From assembly GCA_963663995.1 (NCBI GenBank), contig OY760660.1, positions 90,001-122,000 of the forward strand: 32,000 nucleotides of DNA. The letters run 5' to 3'. The position numbers and the translations under genes were made by a program. Origin of the DNA: Erysipelotrichaceae bacterium. Its GTDB lineage: Bacteria > Bacillota_I > Bacilli_A > Erysipelotrichales > Erysipelotrichaceae. The notes under the pieces were generated by a model. It was given only the letters and a program-made list of their open reading frames with translations, was not told the DNA's origin and did no database searches. Shown here piece by piece: positions 25,307-31,841 of the stretch. Position 1 is the first letter of the stretch. Each line of letters opens with the position of its first letter.

Positions 25307-25522
25307 TAATCTACTACTTTTATGATATTTGATAAATAAAGATTAAATATAGAAAATAAAATATTCATGAATTCTTATAGTGAATTATGGATTATTGAAA
25401 ATGGATTAGATCTTAGACTTAAATCAATTTTTATGGATGAAACTGAATAAAAATTATCACACTTATCGTGGGTAGACGTTTATTTTTGATAGTGATATCA
25501 TGTAGAAAAGGTGGGACTTTTT

Positions 25523-25909
25523 ATGAAAAAAAATAATTATTTAGTTTTATTGTTTACATTCATCATATGTTTTTTTGGATTGGATTTGTTAAATACAAAA
25601 GCAGATACAGGAACTGTAGGTTACACATATCATTATATGGTAAAAGGGATGGTAGATCTAGGTTCTAATGTTAGACATACGACTACCGCAACTTTATATA
25701 ATCCAAGTGGATATATAACTTGTTCAAATACTTACCTTCAATATTCTGAAGTTCCGTATCCAGTCTGTTCTTCTCCTTCAGCTTATACATATGTTGTTCA
25801 AGTTGAAGCAGATATGTCTTGGCAAGCTCATTATCACGTTTCGTCAGCTTATCCATATGCAAGATTTCAATCGCTTTCAATTGATGAATTAATATCTTTG
25901 AATAAATAA
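25523..25909 (+). CDS. Small secreted Tyr/Thr/Ser-rich protein (128 aa; candidate bacteriocin-like effector)
   Basis: SD AAAGGTGGG lies 7 nt before ATG 25523 (the track start at 25511 is a GTG inside the SD). Sec-type signal MKKNNYLVLLFTFIICFFGLDLLNTKA|DTG. Mature protein ~101 aa with 2 Cys and three [PS]S[GA]Y repeats. It is the first gene of a tight three-gene operon. Confidence 0.75.
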   Translation: MKKNNYLVLLFTFIICFFGLDLLNTKADTGTVGYTYHYMVKGMVDLGSNVRHTTTATLYNPSGYITCSNTYLQYSEVPYPVCSSPSAYTYVVQVEADMSWQAHYHVSSAYPYARFQSLSIDELISLNK

Positions 25910-25915
25910 TTATTG

Positions 25916-27964
25916 ATGAAAAAGCTGACAGTTTTATTTGTTTTCATTTTATCTATATTATTGTCTTATTTTACTGCAATTGCTGTTAATGATTATAATC
26001 TAACACAAATAAGCGATGTAAAAGATGACAGTATTTTTAAGTGCAATTTAATTATTAAGGACTATGATAGTGTTGATCGAAACCAACTGATTAATCACAT
26101 CATGGAAGTTGCGATAAGTAATGATTTACTGATTTCAACTGGTTGGGTAGATGATGAATCTAATACTTTCTATTATTATGGAACTCAAGAATATGTTGAA
26201 TTTCTTTTGCTTAATAAAGTACCACGAACTAATAATAATTTAATCAAACTTGATGATAGGGAATTATCATTGAATAGTTTTAGTGATGGTGAATATGGAA
26301 AAATCTATTCAGTTGGAGGATTTCCTACTCATATTCAAAATTTCGAATTTTATTCGTTTGATCAAGTTAAATCTTCTGATATTTCGTTAGATTCAAGAAT
26401 TGAAGTAAGATCCCTTTATGGAAGTAGTAATGTCGATAGTGCAATTCATGAATTATCAAGCTATTATCCTGAATTAGAGATTACATATGAGATAAGAGAG
26501 GGAACAACTGGTGAATTAGATTTTACTTGGCAAAAGAGTATAAGTAACTATGTTGTTTTGTCATTAGTTTTTGTATTTCTACTGATTATGATTTCGATGC
26601 TAGTCATTATCAAAAAACAAGAAAGATTGATTGCAATTAGTAAACTCTTAGGTCATTCGTCGTTTCAAATATCATTAAGATTATTTAGTTTATTTTCTGT
26701 CACACTGGTTTTTACATTTGTTTTTGGTTTGTTGTTTTTTGATTATTTTGTTATTGGTAAATTTGATTTTTATAATTTACTTTACTATCAAATGCAACTG
26801 TTTATAATGTTTAGTTTTGTTATAATGGTGCTTTTAATATTTACTTTATCAATATTTTTTATACAACGTTTAAAAGTTGTTGAGTCTATTAAAACCAGAA
26901 CTGTCGATCAAAAATTATTATATGGTGGACTCATTCTAAAATTCTTATTAGTGGCAGTATTATTGTCATCTTATATTGATATATACCATGAATTTATTTC
27001 TTCCACTGAATCATTTCTTTTTTATCAAATTAATAAAGATGAATTATCTAAAATTTCTTATATTTCTGGATCCATGGAAGAGTTGATTATTTCAGACTGG
27101 AAACAAATATCGACAAACATCGCTGATAAATTCATCGAAGAAAATATTGAGTTATATTGTATTCATTATCCTGAAACTTATGTTGATAATAGAAATCATA
27201 TGGTCAATATTATTTCTGTTAATAAAGCTTATGTTGATAGATATTTACCAAGTATTTCAAATAATCTAAGTGCTTACAATTTAAATAATCATGGAGTCAT
27301 TTTTATTCCTAAGCTGTTAGAAAATGAAATAAGCCAATATGAAAGATTTGTTCCACCACCGTATCTAACAGATGAGATTGTTATATTAGATAAAATTCCA
27401 GATTTATTTTTCTATTTTTCAGTTGAAAATAACAATGATAATACATTGTTATTTGTAACAGAAGTTGCAAATGAGTATACTGGCCCTAAAATTACTTACC
27501 CATGTTTTATTCTTGAAGAATATAAAGGTAGTACATCGATAATAGACTCTGTAATCAATTCAAACTCTATAAATACAATGTTAGTGACAAAGTCCAATGA
27601 GCCAAGTGTCTTTCGAGAAATCACATATAACACATCAGTACTTTTAGAGAATGGTGTACAAGCAATATTATCCTTTGGAATTATTGTTAGCTTTTTCATT
27701 TTGATGCTGATTATATACCTTTACACAAATTTAAAGCTTATCGTGATTAAAAAGAATTTAGGCTATAGTGACTTCCAAACATTTTCATCTTTTTTACATT
27801 TAAATTCAATTATCTATGTAAGTGGTTTGATCTACTTCTGGTATAAAGGGAATTTAGATTGGATTAGTTTTAGCCTACTTGTGATTCTTGTGTTAATGGA
27901 AATATGTGCCATAAAATTCTACTTGTTTATAAACAAAAAGAATTTTAAAAAATGGTTAAGTTAG
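25916..27964 (+). CDS. 683-aa polytopic membrane protein with two FtsX-like modules and two large extracytoplasmic domains (bacteriocin-associated/DUF1430-type putative immunity-export permease)
   Basis: N-terminal TM, ~185-aa loop, 4-TM block, ~230-aa loop, then a C-terminal 3-TM block. After the first TM of each block comes an FtsX-like amphipathic motif (KKQERLIAISKLLGHSSFQISL and TNLKLIVIKKNLGYSDFQTFS). It starts 6 nt after the upstream stop; a TTG at 25913 is an alternative start. Confidence 0.7.
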   Translation: MKKLTVLFVFILSILLSYFTAIAVNDYNLTQISDVKDDSIFKCNLIIKDYDSVDRNQLINHIMEVAISNDLLISTGWVDDESNTFYYYGTQEYVEFLLLNKVPRTNNNLIKLDDRELSLNSFSDGEYGKIYSVGGFPTHIQNFEFYSFDQVKSSDISLDSRIEVRSLYGSSNVDSAIHELSSYYPELEITYEIREGTTGELDFTWQKSISNYVVLSLVFVFLLIMISMLVIIKKQERLIAISKLLGHSSFQISLRLFSLFSVTLVFTFVFGLLFFDYFVIGKFDFYNLLYYQMQLFIMFSFVIMVLLIFTLSIFFIQRLKVVESIKTRTVDQKLLYGGLILKFLLVAVLLSSYIDIYHEFISSTESFLFYQINKDELSKISYISGSMEELIISDWKQISTNIADKFIEENIELYCIHYPETYVDNRNHMVNIISVNKAYVDRYLPSISNNLSAYNLNNHGVIFIPKLLENEISQYERFVPPPYLTDEIVILDKIPDLFFYFSVENNNDNTLLFVTEVANEYTGPKITYPCFILEEYKGSTSIIDSVINSNSINTMLVTKSNEPSVFREITYNTSVLLENGVQAILSFGIIVSFFILMLIIYLYTNLKLIVIKKNLGYSDFQTFSSFLHLNSIIYVSGLIYFWYKGNLDWISFSLLVILVLMEICAIKFYLFINKKNFKKWLS

Positions 27965-27973
27965 GAGACAGTT

Positions 27974-28624
27974 ATGAATGAAATATTGATTGAGTGTACG
28001 AATATAAATAAAAAGTTTAAAGATCAAACCGTTTTTAAGGATTTTAACTTGTCAATTTCTAAAGGTAAATGCCTAGTTATAAAAGGTGAATCCGGAAGTG
28101 GTAAAAGTACCTTGTTAAATATGATTGGGCTATTAGATTTACCCGATAGTGGTCAAATTAAAATATTTGGTCAAGTTAATATTAAACCGTATTCGAAAAT
28201 AGCAGAAAGATTACTAAGAAATAAAATCGCATATTTGTTTCAAAATTTTGCTTTAGTTGATCATATGACTGTTAATGAAAATTTAGATTTAGCACTTAAA
28301 AATGTTAAATCTAAAAATAAAAAACAACTTATAAATGAAACACTCAGTAAAGTTGGCTTAAAAGGTTATGAAGAAAAATATATTTATCAATGTTCTGGCG
28401 GTGAGCAACAACGTATTGCTTTCGCTAGATTGTTAATTAAACCATGCGAGTTAATCTTGTGTGATGAGCCAACAGGTAATTTAGATGATATGAATAAAGA
28501 AGTGATATTAGACTTGCTTTCAGATTTAAAAAATATGGGTAAAACAATTATCATTGTGACACATGACAGTGAAGTTTTAAAACTTGCTGATGAAGTTTGT
28601 AAAATAAATAAAAGTACTTGTTAG
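27974..28624 (+). CDS. ABC transporter ATP-binding protein (MacB/LolD-like ATPase)
   Basis: Walker A GESGSGKST, Q-loop LFQNF, signature CSGGEQQR, Walker B LILCDEPTGNLD, H-loop IIVTHD. SD TAGGAGA. It starts 9 nt after the permease stop. Confidence 0.9.
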   Translation: MNEILIECTNINKKFKDQTVFKDFNLSISKGKCLVIKGESGSGKSTLLNMIGLLDLPDSGQIKIFGQVNIKPYSKIAERLLRNKIAYLFQNFALVDHMTVNENLDLALKNVKSKNKKQLINETLSKVGLKGYEEKYIYQCSGGEQQRIAFARLLIKPCELILCDEPTGNLDDMNKEVILDLLSDLKNMGKTIIIVTHDSEVLKLADEVCKINKSTC

Positions 28625-28741
28625 TGAAATGAACCCCGAAAAGTAGATATTAATTAAAAATAGTATTTAGTGTATTGGCCCAAAATTGTCCTGAAATTCA
28701 AATATAGTTACGGATACTTTTAGTTAGTTACATAATAGAAG

Positions 28742-28783
28742 CAGTTAGATATCGACTAAAGACAACGAGAAATCGTTGTTTTT
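28742..28783 (+). repeat. Direct repeat, right copy (second copy of the terminator-containing 42-mer)
   Basis: CAGTTAGATATCGACTAAAGACAACGAGAAATCGTTGTTTTT. It is preceded (28706..28747) by four (C/T)AGTTA units that echo the TTCAGTWA units at the left junction. Confidence 0.8.
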
Positions 28784-28799
28784 ATATAGAATCTTATTT

Positions 28800-29480
28800 A
28801 AAACCACATGCTATGCGTGTGTGAAAAGAGACTTCTAGAGTGGTAACAGAAAAAAAAGCCCACTTTGGACAAATTAGAAAGGCTGACAACCAAACTAATG
28901 ACCAAAGGAGGGCAACTTGAGCTCAAGCGAAAACAGTTTATCACATACAAGATGGAATTGTAAGGTTCACGTCGTATTCATCCCAAAGTACAGACGGAAG
29001 ATAATTTATGGGAAGTTAAGAGAAGATATAGGACGAATATTGAGACGACTTTGTGAAATGAAAGACGTTGAAATATTAGAGGCACATGCATGTGCCGACC
29101 ATATCCATATGCTTTTGAAGATTCCACCGAAGTTGAGTGTTTCTGGATTTATAGGCTACACGAAAGGTAAAAGTACCTTGATGATCTGTGATCGACATGC
29201 GAGTTTGAAATACAAACAAGGAAACCGAAACTTCAGGGCGAAGGGATACTATGTAAGCACAGTAGGACTGAATGAAAAAACGGTTCAAGATTACATTCGA
29301 AACCAGGAAACAGAAGACAAATTAAGAGACAACATGACAAAGAGAGAATACATAGATCCCTTTAAGGGATAGTAAGTAAGAGAAAACGGTTGTCAGTCTT
29401 TATTACCTCTTTAGAGGTACTGTAAGCAAGATGCCCTTATAGGGCGAAACTAAAACTACCCGTTCTACGGGTAGATAGTT
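28800..29480 (+). mobile_element. IS200/IS605-family element (IS200-type, tnpA only); boundaries approximate
   Basis: Carries a Y1 HUH transposase gene. Subterminal hairpin on the left: CACATGC-TAT-GCGTGTG (28805..28821). Hairpins on the right: ACCTCT-TT-AGAGGT (29405..29418), GCCCT-TAT-AGGGC (29433..29445) and CTACCCG-TTCTA-CGGGTAG (29456..29474). About 680 bp, typical of IS200. Confidence 0.7.
28917..29372 (+). CDS. tnpA: IS200/IS605 family transposase TnpA (Y1 HUH)
   Basis: SLSHTRWNCKVHVVFIPKYRRKIIYG..., HUH motif ADHIHMLLKIPP, and the catalytic Tyr region RAKGYYVSTVG. TTG start 5 nt after AAGGAGG. Confidence 0.9.
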   Translation: MSSSENSLSHTRWNCKVHVVFIPKYRRKIIYGKLREDIGRILRRLCEMKDVEILEAHACADHIHMLLKIPPKLSVSGFIGYTKGKSTLMICDRHASLKYKQGNRNFRAKGYYVSTVGLNEKTVQDYIRNQETEDKLRDNMTKREYIDPFKG

Positions 29481-29519
29481 ATTTAATATTCACAATATAA
29501 AAGAGTGTTATTCAGTTAA

Positions 29520-30067
29520 ATGGAGAAAATAAGATAAAAACTGTATCAATGTTAAAGCAAGAATTAAAGATATTCAGATATAACATCTAGAATATCGATA
29601 TTAGTAGGCAAGGGGGAATTAACACCAATTATTTGTGGTTACTATGAAACAGATAAAACAACACCAGGACATTATTTAGCCTCTCTTATATACGGACCTT
29701 CCTATTTATCATTTGAATTTCATTATCGCATCATGGATTGATTCCTGAAGCAGTTTATCAATTTACTTCAGCAACTTATAACAAGCGTAGAAGAAAAAAG
29801 TATGAGACACCATTTGGTGTATATACCTATTGTGATGTTCCCTAAAATGCATTTTATTTAGCAACTTTTCTTTATCATGAGAATGGATACAGTTGTATCG
29901 TGACAAGTCAGGAAAAAGCTTTTTGCGACATACAATATACTTATGAGCCATGTGCGAATCAAAAGGAGTTATTATTAGTAATTAAGGAACAGAAAAATGC
30001 GATAAAAGAAGTTATTCAAGAAATTGAGGTTTTATTTCAATGTTTGCTAGGAGTTAACTCTAAATGA
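29520..30067 (+). pseudogene. Decayed AbiEi-like (type IV TA / abortive-infection antitoxin, wHTH) gene remnant
   Basis: Readable segments across frames are MEKIR*, KTVSMLKQELKIFRYNI*, VGKGELTPIICGYYETDKTTPGHYLASLIYGPSYLSFEFHYRIMD*, IPEAVYQFTSATYNKRRRKKYETPFGVYTYCDVP* and NAFYLATFLYHENGYSCIVTSQEKAFCD...KELLLVIKEQ. The pattern G-EL..I..G.Y...(5-10)...PSY.S.E.AL...G.IPE.V...TS resembles AbiEi-family antitoxins from memory. There is at least one frameshift (~29740) and an in-frame TAA (29843..29845). No cognate toxin gene follows. Confidence 0.4.
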
Positions 30068-30093
30068 TATAGTTTTAAAAATGGAGAATTTCA

Positions 30094-30897
30094 ATGAAAT
30101 ATACTGATTCAAAACAAGCTCAAGTTTCTGACACGATTAAAATCTCAGAAGAGTCATTTTATAAAACCAATGGAACATCAATTTACTGGCTAGGCGGTGC
30201 TGGTGAATTCATCAACTCACGTGGAACTACGATTATGTTAGATCCCGTTCTTAGAGACTTTGATATGCCACTTCTTTATGAAATGCCTATATTAACAGAA
30301 GAGGTACCGGTATTAGACGCTATTTTGATTACCCATGATGATAATGATCATTATAGTGTACCCACTTGTTTAGATTTGAAGGACAAATGCAAAGCATACC
30401 ATGCACCTAACTATGTGGCTGATTTAATGAAACAACATGGCTTAGATTCAATTAAACATACCATTAATGACGTTTTTAAAGTAAATGATATTTCTATCAA
30501 ATTAACCACTGCTGATCATGCTTGGAAAAATGATTATCCAAAATATGGAAGACAATATGCCTTTGAAGATTATTGTGGATATTGGATTGATACTCCTGAT
30601 GGAAGCATATGGGCAATTGGGGATTCAAGATTATTAGAAGAACAATTGCATATGCCTGAACCTGATGTTATTTTCTTTGATTTTTCAGATAGTAGTTGGC
30701 ACATTGGTTTTGATAACGCGATCAAATTAGCGAACACCTATTCGAATTCCGCATTACTGTTATGTCATTGGGGTTGTGTTGATGCGCCTACAATGACACC
30801 ATTCAATGCTGATCCACAAGATTTATTAGATAAAGTTGTTAACCCAAATAGAATTCACATTCTTGCACCAGGTGAAGAATTTATTCTAAAAAAATGA
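30094..30897 (+). CDS. MBL-fold metallo-hydrolase
   Basis: The metal-binding motif ILITHDDNDHYS, later TTADHAW, and LLCHWG near the C-terminus. SD TGGAGA. Confidence 0.75.
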   Translation: MKYTDSKQAQVSDTIKISEESFYKTNGTSIYWLGGAGEFINSRGTTIMLDPVLRDFDMPLLYEMPILTEEVPVLDAILITHDDNDHYSVPTCLDLKDKCKAYHAPNYVADLMKQHGLDSIKHTINDVFKVNDISIKLTTADHAWKNDYPKYGRQYAFEDYCGYWIDTPDGSIWAIGDSRLLEEQLHMPEPDVIFFDFSDSSWHIGFDNAIKLANTYSNSALLLCHWGCVDAPTMTPFNADPQDLLDKVVNPNRIHILAPGEEFILKK

Positions 30898-30954
30898 AAC
30901 GACTTTATAAAATGCTAAATAGTCTAATCGAGTTTCCCAAGGTATAATAATTCT

Positions 30955-31806
30955 ATGAATATTATTTCTAAGATGAAACAACTTAAACATTTAACACCAA
31001 ATGAACAAACATTAGTAGATTTCATTTTGAAAGATATCGATTATTTTTTAAAGCTAAAGCGAAAAGATATTGCGGTTGAGGCGTTTGTTTCTGTCTCAAC
31101 CATTTATCGTTTAGTTGATAAATTAAAGTTAAATGGGATCAATGAATTTAAAATTGAGTTATTGTCTTCCTTGCAAGAATCAGGTTTTGATACTAATAAA
31201 TTGGATTATAATTTCCCAGTTGATGAATCAGATACGATTCAAGAAATTATCAGTTCTTTAAAGCAACTTGAAAGTAAAACGATTGAAGAAACAATGTTTC
31301 TTTTTGATGCTGATTCTTTGGTCGAAATTGTAAACCGCATGAATGAATCTAGTATGATTAATATTTATACTTCTTCATCGAATATTCATTTTGCTAAGAA
31401 TTTTCAATTTCAAATGAGCGAAATTGGGAAATATGTAAATGTACCTGAAGAGAATTATTTTCAAAGATTATCTGCCGCAAACAGCAATGAATCACACTTT
31501 TCAATCATAATGTCGTTTGGTGGAAGAGGTAAAACAAGTCAAGAAGTTATTGATATTTTAAGGGAGAAGAATCAAGATTTTTTACTCATTGGATCTTCTG
31601 AAAATAATTGGTCTAAACATGCAAAATATAATATTACAATTCCATCTTTAGAGGATCATTACAATAAAATTTCATCCTTTGTTACTCGGCAATCGTTGCT
31701 TTATATTTTCGATATCCTTTATACAAGTCTATTTAATCTAAATTATGACGAAAATCTTAAGTTTAAATTAGAAAACTATAAAAGAATAAATTCAAAATTG
31801 GACTAA
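30955..31806 (+). CDS. MurR/RpiR family transcriptional regulator (HTH_6 plus SIS domain)
   Basis: N-terminal LTPNEQTLVDFILKDIDYFLKLKRKDIAVEAFVSVSTIYRLVDKLKLNG is an RpiR-type HTH. The C-terminal SIS-like region reads INIYTSSSNIHFAKNFQFQM...IIMSFGGRG. No SD. TATAAT lies 6 nt before the ATG. Confidence 0.85.
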   Translation: MNIISKMKQLKHLTPNEQTLVDFILKDIDYFLKLKRKDIAVEAFVSVSTIYRLVDKLKLNGINEFKIELLSSLQESGFDTNKLDYNFPVDESDTIQEIISSLKQLESKTIEETMFLFDADSLVEIVNRMNESSMINIYTSSSNIHFAKNFQFQMSEIGKYVNVPEENYFQRLSAANSNESHFSIIMSFGGRGKTSQEVIDILREKNQDFLLIGSSENNWSKHAKYNITIPSLEDHYNKISSFVTRQSLLYIFDILYTSLFNLNYDENLKFKLENYKRINSKLD

Positions 31807-31830
31807 AAAACTATCTTTCGATAGTTTTTT
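31805..31830. terminator. Bidirectional terminator between the RpiR and HAD genes
   Basis: AAAAAACTATC, loop TTTC, GATAGTTTTTT. Confidence 0.7.
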
Positions 31831-31841
31831 AGTCGTATAAC

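Noticed and set aside
7789-25522. Longer N-terminal extensions offered by the ORF track (starts at 7789, 8538, 12752, 19018 and 25511)
   Set aside because: The extensions would begin inside terminator hairpins or promoter elements, or at non-ATG codons inside the SD. Downstream ATGs with an SD or the TATAAT-N6 pattern give N-termini that match the families.
25916-28624. Interpretation of the permease/ATPase pair as a BceAB-type peptide-antibiotic detoxification module
   Set aside because: BceAB loci have the ATPase gene first, a 10-TM permease with one large loop, and an adjacent two-component system. Here the order is permease then ATPase, with two large loops, no TCS, and a secreted-protein gene directly upstream.
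25310-28741. Search for an integrase, recombinase or relaxase inside the repeat-bounded island
   Set aside because: None is present. Only the three cassette genes fit, so I did not call an integrative element, only a repeat-bounded cassette.
25683-29951. Minus-strand ORFs 25683..25880, 27496..27699, 29076..29288 and 29763..29951
   Set aside because: The first three are antisense to the cassette genes and tnpA. The last lies antisense within the AbiEi-like remnant. None has translation signals.
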